Below the pieces are notes generated by a model. It saw nothing but the letters and a program-made list of their open reading frames with translations, was not told where the DNA came from and searched no databases. A stretch of 64,000 nt of DNA from Octopus sinensis. Lineage: Eukaryota. The stretch's first letter is position 1; every line of letters begins with the position of its first letter. The DNA lies in NCBI RefSeq assembly GCF_006345805.1, contig NC_042999.1, positions 159,154,001 through 159,218,000 of the forward strand, written 5' to 3'. A program made the translations under genes and the position numbers. Shown here one piece after another: positions 49,715 through 62,713 of the stretch.

Positions 49715-50425
49715 CGAGATACGTTCAAAGAGTATCCGACTTTATTTTTCTCGCTAAAACTAATGCCGCGAGGGCAAAATCCGTTGGGTGAGAGGTAACG
49801 CCACATGAGAAAATTTTCGCGCTGGAAAGTTACGTTAGTTTCCAGCTGTTACGCCTAGAATTACATGAGCAGTGCGCGCTCATTGGATTCTCGCATACAG
49901 AAAAGACCATGGACCAATGTCTCATCACCAGTGATGGTAGTCTTTATGAAGTTTGGATTGTGATTTGCACAGTCCAGCATGTTCTGAGCGATTTCCATGC
50001 GGACTTGTTTCTGCTGCTTCACCTGCGCCTTGGGGGTGAACCCCGCTATTCTCTTCATGCACAACTCATCCGTTTAAATGGGAATGCACTGATCTAGTGC
50101 TTATCACCACTTCGTCAGCTACGAGGGTCTTACATGATGATTCGCCGAACCTTCTCAATCGGTTCCTCCTTTCGGCTTGTGGATAGCCTGCCTAAACGTG
50201 TCTCGCCCTTCATTGAGGTGCAGCCATGTTTGAAGCAGTTGTACTTGTTGGCCTGGGTTTTGCCTATGGCATCTTCTCCAATGGTCAGCTGAATCTTCTG
50301 GAGGTTTCAATTTCGGTATCACCAAGCGTACTGGCGCGAATTTTTTTTACGTCCAGGAAGAGTGGTGTCACCTCGCATCCAAAGGATTTTGTTCGCGCAG
50401 TATTAGATTTGTCGAAAAAAATAGA
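49715..50425 (-). mobile_element. Rearranged mariner remnant (N-terminal transposase plus two 5' ends)
   Basis: TA|cgagatacgttcaaagagtatccgacttta TIR-like end; minus strand LGDT...EQQKQVRMEIAQNMLDC...FIKT.ITGDETLVHG. Confidence 0.8.
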
Positions 50426-50629
50426 ATTTTGGAAGAGTAGTTTCTAGAAGACGGAATAATAAAAATTGGTTTTGTGGGTAAAGGTTACTTTTCATTTTCA
50501 GTTTCCAAACACGAATTTTGCCTTTAGATAGCTTCCAAAAACTAATATTTAAAGAAAAAAAAAATGAATACGGGAAATCTTATCCAGTATCCTAAAGAAC
50601 CTACAAGATATTTTTTAAAAGTTTACATT

Positions 50630-51033
50630 AGGCGCAGGAGTAGCTGTGTGGTACGTAGCTTGTTTACCAACCACATGGTTCTGGGTTCAGTCCCTCTGCG
50701 TGGCACCTTGGGCAAGTGTCTTCTACTATAGCCTCGGGCCGACCAAAGCCTTGTGAGTGGATTTGGTAGACGGAAACTGAAAGAAGCCCGTCGTATATAT
50801 GTATATATATATGCGTGTGTGTGTTTGTGTGTCTGTGTTTGTCCCCCTAGCATTGCTTGACAACCGATGCTGGTGTGTTTATGTCCCCGTCACTTAGCGG
50901 TTCGGCAAAACAGACCGATAGAATAAGTATTGGGCTTACAAAGAATAAGTCCCGGGGTCGAGGTGCTCCGTTAAAGGCGGTGCTCCAGCATGGCCGCAGT
51001 CAAATGACTGAAACAAGTAAAAGAGTAAAAGAG
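50630..51033 (+). mobile_element. SINE family A
   Basis: Homologous to 2086-2490. Confidence 0.93.
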
Positions 51034-52066
51034 TATACAGATAAATTTCTTCATAGTTTTCAAAGTTAAAGTCAATAAATTTTGGGGAGAGAGTAACTTC
51101 CTACGTCTATTATCTTTTGTTTAGACTAAAATTATATTTCAGGGAAGAACTGTTTGGCTGGATGATCAAATCTCTTTTCGAAGCAGAATAAATGTATTAC
51201 TTATGTTTACGGGTAACATTCAATTGTTGCCTTTCCATACCTAACTTGGCAATAAATGTTATATATAGTACATTTTTGTAACTCTTGAGCACAAAGATTA
51301 CTCGTCGGCTTTCATAAAATGTCTGGAACAATAAGGAAATATAATTTTGTTTTTAGCAGATAAATGAAAGTTTGAGTGAAGTTATATTTTTATAGCATCG
51401 ATATCTGATTTTTTGAAAGTAAAAAGATTTTCTATTGATCTTTTGTATGGATAATCTTTGATATTTCATTGCCTTTAAAATTTTTGACGAAAACAAAGCA
51501 TGAGTTATTGTATATCTTCCGTTAATGTCATTATTTCAAAAGAGTTTTAAAACGAATGGTTTTCAAAAATGGATATAAAGGATAAGCTTTTAGACCAAAC
51601 TTAATAAAACTATTTCTTATGTATAAACGTGATATGTTTACAGAATGGCTAATAAGTTATGGTGACAATATTTCTTTTGCGGGAAGAATCACAATCTATG
51701 CATTGCGTCAGTGTTCTAATGAGGTTCCAATCGTGTACACAGTCTCGAAAATTTAGATTCTCATGAAAATTTTCCTAACTAATGGGACTAAACGAGTTAA
51801 TAGGTTATCCAGCTTGAGGCCTCTTAGTAGTTTGCTTGATACAAGTGACCGCATTTTTTAAACAAAGGCAGATATTGTTCATGTATGCTAAACCTTAGTA
51901 ACTGTAAAATTATAATATCAAGTATATTTTAGCTTGCTATGCACTAAAGATATATACTGCCATTGTATTACTAGATGTACTGGTTTAAATAGTGGAATAT
52001 ATAATTGAACTAGTCTGTTATATGACTTGAGAATAGGAAAGATTATAGCAGAGCATTCCCCGCCGT

Positions 52067-52265
52067 AATATTGGCTTCGAATTTTGGCACAAAGCCAGCA
52101 AGTCTGGAGGAGCGGTTAAGTCGATTACATCGAACTCAGTGCGCAGCAGGTGATTATTTTCTCTATCCCGAAAGGATGAAAAGCAAAGCCGACATCGGTA
52201 GAATTTGAACTCAGGACGTAAAGTCGGACGAAAGAGGATAAGCATTTTGCCCAGCGTGCTGCCTT
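52067..52265 (-). mobile_element. SINE family B
   Basis: ttttggcacaaagccagcaa...gtcgattacatcg...cgaaaggatgaaaagcaaagccgac...gaatttgaactcag. Confidence 0.8.
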
Positions 52266-52312
52266 TCCCTGCCGTAAGATTAAAGAATCTTGGTACATTA
52301 ACACTTCATCTG

Positions 52313-52355
<43 letters not shown>

Positions 52356-52356
<1 letters not shown>

Positions 52357-52516
52357 TACAGGCTTCTTTCAGTTTCCCTCTAGCAAATCCATTCACAAGG
52401 GTTTGGTCTGCTAGAGGCTATAGTAGAAGAGACTTACCCAAGGAGCCACGCAGTGGGACTGAACCTGGAACTGTGTGGCTTGGAAGCAAGCCACACAGAC
52501 AACCACTCCTGCGCCT
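52356..52516 (-). mobile_element. SINE A 5' half
   Basis: ggcttctttcagtttcc...gtgggactgaacc...ccactcctgcgcct. Confidence 0.85.
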
Positions 52517-52519
52517 ATA

Positions 52520-52880
52520 TCTATATACATAAATGTGTCTGTGTGTTTGGGGTTACTCTAACTCCACCCGCATTGTCAAACCAATTTTAATGATTTTTGG
52601 TACATAGGTACCTTACATGCTCTGAAGTTCAAATAAAACCAGAATTGTTTCGAAAATTCGATAACACTTAGTTGGCATCGATTTTTGTTAGCTCAGTCGG
52701 GCGTTTGAATGGAAATTCCCATAGCGATGTTATCTTTCCTGCAGATTTTGTACCTTATACCTGCAAATTTTCAACAAAATCCATAGAATAATCTCCAAGG
52801 AAATGATTATTCAATACTAGGTCAGAGGTGGGCTCAACTTCAACAGGGAAAACACGAGCAACACCGGGTCCAATAGCTAG
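52520..52880 (+). mobile_element. Non-autonomous Helitron, family 2
   Basis: A|TCTATATAC start; 3' acacgagcaacaccgggtccaatagCTAG|T resembles the family 1 terminus, but the interior is unrelated. Confidence 0.75.
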
Positions 52881-53992
52881 TATATATATGTAAACAGGAG
52901 AATTATAATTGTCCCTAGATGTGACTATGGTGTCAGAAAACACCAATTTTGCTAGAAATAAGATCTAAACTACGCTAGTGCTGTAGTTAATGCACATGAA
53001 TGAAAACATTTACACTACCTGGGACAATAATACTGACATCATATATATATACATGTATGCATGTATACATACATACGTACGCCTGTGTGTGATTAATTGC
53101 GTTTCTTTTCAAGTCATCAATCTTTACTTTACCAGAGACAATATTTATTAAGACAAAAGTGTATAAATGGAACATCGGAAATAAATATTTTCATTTTCTT
53201 GACTCTGTGAAAATGTTTTGAATGACAGCAGTAACTGAAAATAATCAATGATGTTGGTAAAAGTATAATTTTTGGCAGGCAAGAGTAGCCGTATATGCTG
53301 AAATCAGTATAATATTATTTATATCAAGCTTAAGCGTAAGGAAAGCAAATTCACTGCAGTTGAAAATGTTTTCAGAAAATAGAAAGCTAAAAATATATAT
53401 ATCTAACCCGTTTCTTTTAGTACCGGCATCATTATTAAATTTCACGAAATCGTGGTGTCGTGACAAGAGCGCTTTTATAACACCGAACTCCAGAGAGATG
53501 ACTGCAGATTCCTCGGGCGAAGGATTGTTCTGCAAACTAAGAATATTGGAAATTTTATTGCTGAGGTTTTGGAAAAGGAAATGTAAAGAGGTCGAGAACT
53601 CAGAGAACAGAAAAGACATAAAGACCATTAAAGCAACGAGTGATTTGAGTTTTGGACGACAGAGGATAATAAAGAACTGCATTCTAAATATCCAATTTTT
53701 ACATTCTAAATGCCACTAAACTCTTCAAGTAGAAGCTCTTAGAAATCTTTAAAACTTGGAAAAATTTTACGAGTTCAGTCTGATGCAATTCTACATTTTA
53801 TACTAGAATAATTATAAAATTTTCTAAAACATTTCATGATAGATTGCATTAATGCTATATTAATAGCTGAAGAAGAATTTGTAAGCAAATATACTTTGAA
53901 TTAAATCAAGGGGATAAACCTATGTCTACACTCTATAACAGTATTTATCACTTCACAGGTTAGAATAGTCGAACATAATTTGAATCTAATCT

Positions 53993-54190
53993 TGTAATTA
54001 TGGTTTCAAATTTCGGCAAGAGGATAAGTCGATTATATCGGCCTCAGTGCTCAACAGGAATTTTATTTTACTGACCGCGAAAGCTGAAAGGCAAAGTCAA
54101 CCTCAGTGAAATTTAAACTCCGACGAAGATGGATAAAATGTCATCAAACATTTTGTCCAGCATGTTAACGATTCAGCCACCGCACTGCCT
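53993..54190 (-). mobile_element. SINE family B (diverged)
   Basis: ggtttcaaatttcggcaag...gtcgattatatcgg...gaaaggcaaagtcaacctc. Confidence 0.75.
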
Positions 54191-54255
54191 TCTAGCATTT
54201 TAAAACATTTCAATAAGGGAGAATTTGAACTCAGAACAACAAGAGAGACGAAATA

Positions 54256-54490
54256 CATATTTCTTTACTACCCACAAGGGGCTAAACATAGAGAGGACAA
54301 ACAAGTACAGACAAACGGATTAAGTCGATTACATCGACCCCAGTGCGTCACTGGTACTTAATTTATCGACCCCGAAAGGATGAAAGGTAAAGTCGACCTC
54401 GGCGGAATTTGAACTCAGAAGGCAGCGGCGGACGAAATACCACTAAGCATTTCACCCAGCGTGCTAACGTTTCTGCCAGCTCGCCGCCTT
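54256..54490 (-). mobile_element. SINE family B, tail variant 2, full length
   Basis: Head ggcggcgagctggcagaaacgttagcacg, B-box-like gagttcaaattcc, central cctttcggggtcgataaattaagtaccag, tail ...gccccttgtgggtagtaaagaaat. Confidence 0.9.
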
Positions 54491-54501
54491 CTTAATAATA
54501 G

Positions 54502-54604
54502 GAAGAAGAAGAAGAAGAAGAAGAAGAAGAAGAAGAAGAAGAAGAAGAAGAAGAAGAAGAAGAAGAAGAAGAAGAAGAAGAAAGAGGAGGAGGAGGAGGA
54601 GGAG
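54502..54604. repeat. (GAA)n/(GAG)n microsatellite
   Basis: Visible directly; explains the poly-K/E ORF. Confidence 0.97.
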
Positions 54605-55304
54605 AGAAGAAGAAAAACCGCTTCCCAACAGCCACGAAAATTATCTTTCGCTACTGATTACAAGCTAGAAGAAATGACAAAATGGTGGAAGGATAATTAT
54701 GTAATTTCCTAATGAAAGTATATCGTCCTTTCCCACTTATTATTAGTTTATTATAAACCCCTCATATTACTTGTTATTACATACAGCGTGTAAACGAATA
54801 ACAGCGGATCATATCATATTAATGCCAGACCTATTCAGGTTTCCCACACATAGTTTATTTCTGTTGAAGAACAATAATAGAAGTAAATGTCTTGGCATGC
54901 ATCAGAGAGATAAAGGTATATGTACAAACAATTAGACGCACCACAAAGTATAAAAACGGTGTCTTGGAGATCTTAGTGTGGCCATAGATATATAAACGAT
55001 AGTGTATCTTTGATTGTGATAATTGATTTCATCTATCGCTGAGAAATTTCCATCAGTTGCTAGGATATTTCCGAGTTATATTGCTTTCCAAGACATAGCG
55101 AAGGGAAATGTTTATGTCTCTCTGAGGACGAAGGGCTTTTAAGTTAATTTGTATCCGTCTGGCTATGGTACAGCCAACAAAATAACTCTATTTAGGATAA
55201 TGTATTACACACACGCGCAAGCACACATATACATGTACAAACACACACATATATACATTCACACATACACACACATATATATATATTCACACACATACAC
55301 TCAC

Positions 55305-55351
55305 CTGAGTCGGTTGGTAGGTAGATAGGTTTGTAGCACAGTTAGAGAATG
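55305..55351 (-). other. Candidate 47-nt exon of an unidentified minus-strand host gene
   Basis: Minus strand: ccctaattctctttcttag|CATTCTC...GACTCAG|gtgagt; two of three frames open; no recognisable homology. Confidence 0.25.
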
Positions 55352-56094
55352 CTAAGAAAGAGAATTAGGGAAAATCTATGAGCTTTGTTTTCTGTAATCG
55401 TCCTAAGCTTTATGTATCATAAAATTACAATTAGCACCGATAGCAATAACGTACAGATTTGTGAAAGCAGACATATTTCACTTAAATTCTAGAATGACGA
55501 ATACATATTTCGATCTTTAAAGAAGAAATCGAAAAAAAAAAACAGAAATAAGGAATGTTCTTTGGATAATATCTGAGAAAATGTATTTTCTTGTGCTCTG
55601 CTACATCAGGGGAGCCAAAAATATGTATCAAACGTTCCCTATAATTGTTTATAGGTTCATATTTAGACATCAATTAATAATTATTTGTGATGAGAATGTT
55701 TCAATTAATGTATCTCTTCGTGGAATATAGAATTTATCCTGTCCATCCGAGAGATTGTCCTTTTATTGCACTTGTTCAGTAATTAATTTAGCGCTAACAA
55801 CATATTCTATGATATTAATTCGTTCAATTATTATAATTGATATACTCTCTTAATGAGATATCATATGGATAGAATATATAATATTGATCGAATGACGCTA
55901 CTTTGTCAATGCAATATTTTGCTGAATTGCCTTTAGTCCTGGAAATAAAAATGCACGCAACTAACGATATAGATTGTAAAACTACTGAACCCGAAAAGAC
56001 TACTGAAGGCCTGTGTTCGCAAATAGTTATGCAAATATTCCAACTAGTGAAGTAAGTTTTACGCTGCGAAGAAGTCGAATGTTTTGTGACTGGC

Positions 56095-56262
56095 AGAAAA
56101 ATTTAAGCAGCTTGAAATTTTGCATAGCATTATCCCACAGAGGTCAACTTTGCTTTTCATCCTTTCGGGGTCGATAAAATAAGTACCAGTGGAGACTGGT
56201 ACTCCATCCCTCCAAATTTTACTCCGAAACTGCTGACCTTGGGCCAGAACTGAAACCAGTGT
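56095..56262 (+). mobile_element. SINE family B (diverged)
   Basis: gaggtcaactttgcttttcatcctttcggggtcgataaaataagtaccag. Confidence 0.78.
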
Positions 56263-56561
56263 TTCATGGCGCTTCTTTGTGCTCTATGTTCAAATGCTCT
56301 TTCAAGCCTGACTTTGCCTCATATCCTTCCGCATTTTATGAAATAAGTACCAACCACGTATTCTTTTTGCGCGCAAAATTTAATTTTCTCTTCGTGTTCC
56401 AATGTTAGAAATCAATACTGAAGTATTTAAGTGTATCCGAGTGGTTTCTATCCTTATGTACCCCCAATATTGTAAATAAGAATATAGTTTCAAGCATTTG
56501 CATTGTGATGGCAAATTAACAACACTTCTGCCCTAAAAATATATCCATGGCCTTATGAAAT

Positions 56562-56757
56562 GAATATTGGTTTCAAATTTTGGCACAAGGCTAGCAAGCT
56601 CGGGGTAGGTAATCAATTACATCAACTTCAGTGCTCAAATGATACTTATTTTATCGACCCCGAAAGGATGAATGGCAAAAAGTTGACCTCGGTAAAGACA
56701 GAAAAAATGCCGCTGGCATCTTGTCCGGCGTTCTAAAGATTTAATCAACTCGCCACC
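56562..56757 (-). mobile_element. SINE family B
   Basis: aatattggtttcaaattttggcacaagg...atcgaccccgaaaggatg. Confidence 0.8.
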
Positions 56758-58344
56758 TTATATACAATTTATATTAATGTACATTTTCGGAAATCTAAAA
56801 TTCAGAAGGCATCATAATTCATATTTCTGCATTTCTTACACACCTTTAAAATTCTAATGATTAGTAAAGCAAGATCTACGCATGAACTGAGACTAAAAAA
56901 GACAAGTACACATTAAATAATGTAGCCTAGGATACACTATTCACACAGAAAATATGTGATAGTAAAGGCGTTTCTTTTTATAAGTAAATATATATATAAG
57001 TAAATAATAGAAGTATAATTATCTTAGTAAAACATAGATTTACTTGTGAAAGTCCATTGATTTTTATATGTAAATATCATATTCCAAACATTTTCACTAG
57101 TCTGCGACAAGTCCCCACAAACAAGCAAATGATAAACAATAATAATTACACTATATTCTTTGTTGGAATCTTATAAGAGGAAGGATGCATAAAATGTTAT
57201 AAGAGGGAGGATGCATAAAAGCACGCAAAAAATGTCATCGCCAGAATAAATTAGCTGGTGCCCGACATCAATGGTAACATGTACCTAAGTAGGAATTTAC
57301 GAGTGATTTTTTACAAATATAAGAGAAAAGGCATAAATGGGCTCGAGATTAATACATTTCTATAATACAAACATATCCTGCTTGTCACGAAAATGAATCT
57401 TTACAATTCTATAAAATTTACAACCTTTATCTCAAAGTAACTTCAAGTATTAAGAAACTAGCAAACTTTAAAAGATATGTCACCTAATCCAAAAAGATGT
57501 CACAAATTGAAATATCATTCTTGAATGGAAAAACAACATGGTGATGTATTGCGTATGCAAACCAGAATGATTGGCCAAACACGTGCGAAAATATAAACAA
57601 CAAAAACACATCAAACGCTATAACACCAGCAAAATCCGAACCAAAATAAACACCAGTAAAAATATAAGCAACAGTATAACAAAAATAGAACAAGAAAACG
57701 AAGAATGAATCATTCTAAACATAAAAATGACGACCATAACATAATATTAACGTAGAATTAAATAAAGTAATTCAATTTATAGATAGCCTTCCAATGAGGT
57801 TATGAAAGAACCCCACCACCACCATATAAAAGTAAGATAGCAGAACAACCAGAGAAAACACAAACGTTGCTTTTGCAGAGATAATATGAAGGGACACAAT
57901 CATCAATATCTCCGGGTCAAACAAAATAGCATATGTTTAAAATTCAGTACTTATCGAAAAGGCTGCATAATACCTTGGATATACTCTTATAGGTATCACA
58001 AATCTCAAGAAATCAACATAGAAAGCAGACATACGATGAAAGAGAAAATAAAGAAAGTATCTATAATCCTTAATGAAATCAATAACAATGAATGAGACAA
58101 CCAAAAAATAAGAAACAGAATAATTTGCTACGGAAGAATGAAAGACAAAAAGAAGAAGCACATATACGAAAATGTCTGAAAGAAATACTTGATAAATTGT
58201 AAATCACTCGTTAAGAAAAGTGATAAAATCAAATCAAAAGCAATTTCCTCAAGTAGATAGATGTAATCAATCAATCAATATAACTCAACAACAAAATGAA
58301 GACTTTTAGCGACAAGTATCAAAAGCAAAATAATCATCACGGAT

Positions 58345-59530
58345 GAGATTATTCCATTCATCCATCCATCTTTTCTGCCCATCATTCTTCAGTCGGTTGT
58401 GTGGGTAGGGTCCCCAAGTACTTCGTCCATACAGTCTTATGAAAAGCAATCGTCATTACTGTTCTAGGCTGAATTCCCAAGGGTGGCCATAGACACTATT
58501 GATATTATTTAACCTGCTAGTACTTAGTTTACTTTTAGGTCTCCCGCTGGTTGACTCGACTTGAAAAGTCTGTCTTGTTATCCTTGCCAGTGAGATTATA
58601 ATAATATGTCCGTAGTCTCGGAGCTGTGACATCTCAATGCAGAGACGTAGCGGCTCCACCCGGAGAGATCCACTGATCTTTGAATTATGGACCCTGTCAA
58701 TTAACGTTAATTCAGAGATCTCTCGGGGGAATCTCATTTAAACCGCTTGCATTTGTGATATTAGCCTTTGGTCATTACCCAACATACATGACCATAGGTG
58801 AGGGCAGGCATGAAATCCGAATTGAAGATAGCAAGTTTGGCTTTTTTAGCAACCTCTCTTCTAATAATCGAATGCTGGAGCTGCCAGCACCTATAATTCA
58901 AGCATCCAGTTCAGTCTCCTGTTTCATTTTCGTACGTGAATACGTTCCTGAGATACTTAAACTTCTTCAATTCTCCACTTGCCTCAGTGCTGTCCCACTG
59001 ACATGCATAGTGAACTGGGAACACTTCCTGAGAGCCTCTCTGCAATACTAATTTTCATACATGAATTGCAGCACTCAGTAGCGAGACTATTCATATTGAA
59101 GATCACCTTCTCATGAGACACGTAGCACCATGTCGGCTGCAAATAGCAGCTGATCGATCCTATATCAACCAATTGTGTTACCACTTCCCCAACCACTGTA
59201 CATGTCGATTCAGTGCATAAAAATTATGAAAGAGAGAGGTAAAAATACGTACCCCAGCCGAACCCCAACACCCACATTGAAAGGTTTCGTATTAGCCCTA
59301 TTTACGTGAACACAAACATCTTAGCTCACTGCAACCAGAAGTTTTCCACAAATCTCAATGTCCTGCAAAACTCTCCAAAGCGTGTCCTGCAGTGCATGGT
59401 CCGATACCTATTTTGTATCTTCAAACGAGGTGTATATCTCTTGACTATATATCCACGATTTCTTGATAATTTATTCTTCGGATGTAACATAATATGGTGC
59501 CAGGTTGTAATAGAACCCTCTTGTTTAACC
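58345..59530 (-). pseudogene. RTE-clade LINE 3' fragment (RT and C-terminus)
   Basis: QIIKKSWIYSQEIY..F.D; VGVGVR.G; QLLFAADMVL; KFKYL; KAKLAIF...ALTYGH..WVMT; TLIDRVHNSKI..SLRVEPL.L.IE.SQLR.YGH. Confidence 0.88.
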
Positions 59531-60173
59531 GGAAATAAATTCAAAGATGCCATCAAAGCAAAAAGAAAATAAAAAGCGGCACTTAGAAACCCTAGTTTGG
59601 AAAACAAGTCTCTGTTTTTGCGAATTATAGAGTTCAGTTGTACACTGACTTTGGACTGGTCAATAAAGAATTATCTAAACTACATTGGATAAGATAGGAA
59701 ACATTAAAAGGCATTACTGTATAGATCCTAGCAAAAGCATACAACAAAAACAAGAAACACGAAAGAAGAAACAATAATATTAATAATTATTTATTTTATT
59801 AACGACTAACGCTTTCTACATACAGCACAAAAAATGATTTAAAAACCAATAAGCCACACAACGCGCGTCTGATGACGTTCAGGTTGAAATGTGTAAAAAG
59901 TGCGATTAAAGTGAGAGAGTTATACAATTACAATAAATAGAATAGGTATAACGAACGAATATTTCCATATCTATTCTTAATACGTTTAGGCAAGTCCACA
60001 GGCAAAATATGCTAGTCGCTGTAGGGTACATCATAGAATAACTTTCTCTTTTTTTATATATTGACGATGAATTCAACACACTTTGCTCATTAACCAATAG
60101 GATTTAAAAAACACTGCTGTTAAAACCACCCTTAGACATACAAGTACACCGCTTTGAAGTGCTATTTATTTAT

Positions 60174-60428
60174 TTTTTTACTTGTTTCAGTCATTTTACT
60201 GCGGCCGTGCTAGAGCACCACCTTTAATCGAACAAATCGACCCAAGGACTTATTCTTAGTAAGCCTAGTACTTATTCTATCGGACTCTTTTCCCGAACCG
60301 CTAGGTGACGGGAACGTATACATAACAACACCGGTTGTCAAGCGAGGGTGGGGGAACGAACACAGACACAAATAACAAGCACACACACACATATACATAT
60401 ATATATATAAATAAATATAAGAGAGTGG

Positions 60429-60469
<41 letters not shown>

Positions 60470-60631
60470 GACGGGGTTCTTTAGTTTCTGTCTACCAAAC
60501 CAACTGACAAGGCTTTGGTCTGTCCGAGGCTATAGTAGAAGACACTTGCCCAGATTGCCACCCAGTGAGACTGAACACGCAAACATGTGGTTGGGAAACA
60601 AGCTTCTTACCACACAGCCAGTCCTGCGTCT
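60174..60631 (-). mobile_element. SINE family A (diverged)
   Basis: Reverse-complement copy. Confidence 0.88.
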
Positions 60632-60810
60632 GTTACGTTTATTTACAAAATATAAATTTTTGAGATCTATTTTTTAATCAGTTCTTTAATAATTGGCTTT
60701 CCTAGGGAGAAGGAATTTCTTCAAGCATATGATGCAGAAAATTACACACACACACACACACGCACGCACGCACGCACACGCACGCACGCACACACACACA
60801 TTAAGATAGG

Positions 60811-60864
<54 letters not shown>

Positions 60865-60893
60865 TATAGATAGATAGATAGATAGATAGATAA

Positions 60894-61190
60894 GTTTCTT
60901 TATTGGCCACACAGGGCTGCACACAGATGGGACAAGTTACAAGGTAGAGCTTTTCTTTTGGGGGATGAAAAAAACAAAAAACAAAAGAAACAAAAAAAAG
61001 AAAGGGGTGGCGTACGTTTTCGATCAAGAGGGATCGTAAAAGGGAAGAAAAGAACAAAAAAAATAGAATAAAATAAAAAATTAAAAAATAAAAATAAAAA
61101 AAGAAGAAAAGGAAAAGGAACAAAAGAAAAGAGAAATGAAAAAAGAAGAAAAAAGGGGAAGAGGAAAAAAAAAAGATAGATAGATGTAGG
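60894..61190 (-). mobile_element. Putative LINE 3' UTR fragment ending in (TATC)n
   Basis: Minus strand is T-rich and ends ...gtgtggccaataaagaaact at a (GATA)n tract; the LINE (Tx1-like) assignment is inference only. Confidence 0.4.
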
Positions 61191-61406
61191 CACACACCTT
61201 GGATTTACAAATAAATTTCTTTACTAAAATAGTACTGTCAACGATTTAATCCTACGGCCATTGCTTTAGAATGTTCGGTTCTAAACGAAATTTCCTCATT
61301 TGTGCATGTAAACTTCCTGTAATCATTTTGATTAGTATTAAAATAATGTTAGATACTGTGGTATAATTAATGAGAAGGACATTATTATTATATGAGGATA
61401 TTATTA

Positions 61407-61603
61407 ATGGCGGTGAACTGGCAGAACCGTTAGCACTTCAGAGAAAAGGGTAAGCAGCAATGTGTCCGCCTTTACGTTCTGAGTTTAAATTCCGCCATTT
61501 TGGAGTCGATAAAATAAGTACTAATCAACTGTTGAAGTTGATGTTATTGACTTGCTCCCAACAACCAAATTTGCTGGTCTTGAGTCAAAATGAAAACAAT
61601 TGT
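61407..61603 (+). mobile_element. SINE family B
   Basis: ggcggtgaactggcagaaccgttagcac...gagtttaaattccgcc...gtcgataaaataagtac. Confidence 0.78.
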
Positions 61604-61630
61604 TACTGTTGATGTTTTGCAGCTTAGCTA

Positions 61631-61825
61631 CTCTTTTACTCTTTTACTTGTTTCAGTCATTTGACTGCGGCCATGCTGGAGCACCGCCTTTAGTCGATCA
61701 AATCGACCCCGGGACTTATTCTTTGTAAGCCCAGTACTTATTCTATCGGTCTCTTTTGCCGAACCGCTAAGTGACGGGGACGTAAACACACCAGCATCGG
61801 TTGTCAAGCAATGCTAGGGGGACAA

Positions 61826-61896
<71 letters not shown>

Positions 61897-62068
61897 CATA
61901 TATACGACAGGCTTCTTTCAGTTTCCGTCTACCAAATCCACTCACAAGGCATTGGTCGGCCCGGGGCTATAGCAGAAGACACCTGCCCAAGATGCCACGC
62001 AGTGGGACTGAACCCGGAACCATGTGGTTGGTTAGCAAGCTACTTACCACACAGCCACTCCTGCGCCT
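61631..62068 (-). mobile_element. SINE family A
   Basis: Reverse-complement copy. Confidence 0.93.
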
Positions 62069-62208
62069 AGTTATGTTATATTTATAATCTCTTGTTGTTT
62101 TTTTTCTCTTAAAACAACAGTATATCAATGAAACATGTATGATTCTTACGTTCTCCAAATAAATGAACATCGTTTCCTAGTAGACATTTTGGCGTCATTA
62201 AAATTATA

Positions 62209-62713
62209 TCTATATATATAAAACTCTGGTTGTGTGAGTGTCTGTCCCCTTCGATTTAGATTCCTAACTCCTCCCACATTTTGCGGTGCAGTTTAACCAA
62301 ATTCGGGTATCTTATAGTCGTGATTCATATCGAGGCCGTCTGACTATTAGCGCGCGTCAACGATGAGTCTACGATTTTAAAATAATTTAACATCATTTTT
62401 TATTCCATTTTAATGCATAAAATGCATCGTATGTCGATGGTGGCGGAGTTGGCGTCCACGCTCACAGCTGCACCTGTTTGCTTCTCCCCCTTCCCTCCCT
62501 CGTGAAGCTGTGGGGAAGGGAGTGTAAAGAAATCAACGTCGTAATGCGTTGTGAAGGAAACCAGCGTTCTTTTAGAACAACGACTTCATGGCTTGAAGAC
62601 ACCAAAACAAAAATGGCTAAGAAAGCCCGAATTTATAAGGGAAGTAACTCTCTAAAAATGCTTATATAGTTATTTCCCTTACAAACCCGAGCAACGCCGG
62701 GCGATACTGCTAG
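62209..62713 (+). mobile_element. Helitron family 1 variant with a ~215-bp different internal segment
   Basis: A|TC start, shared 5' ~200 bp and 3' ~80 bp with 4613-5107, CTAG|T end. Confidence 0.85.

Noticed and set aside
53360-53719. 119-aa ORF after a strong acceptor (ctaac...ttttag)
   Set aside because: No recognisable domain or matching donor; other frames have stops and may be a decayed transposase
57484-58300. Hydrophobic minus-strand ORFs resembling membrane proteins
   Set aside because: Result of a strongly A-rich plus strand, probably an ancient LINE remnant; no identifiable motif
59326-59607. 93-aa ORF with a signal-peptide-like start
   Set aside because: Out-of-frame reading of the RTE RT pseudogene
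59862-59905. ctgatga...gaaa motif resembling a hammerhead
   Set aside because: Helices I and II do not pair convincingly; at most a decayed remnant
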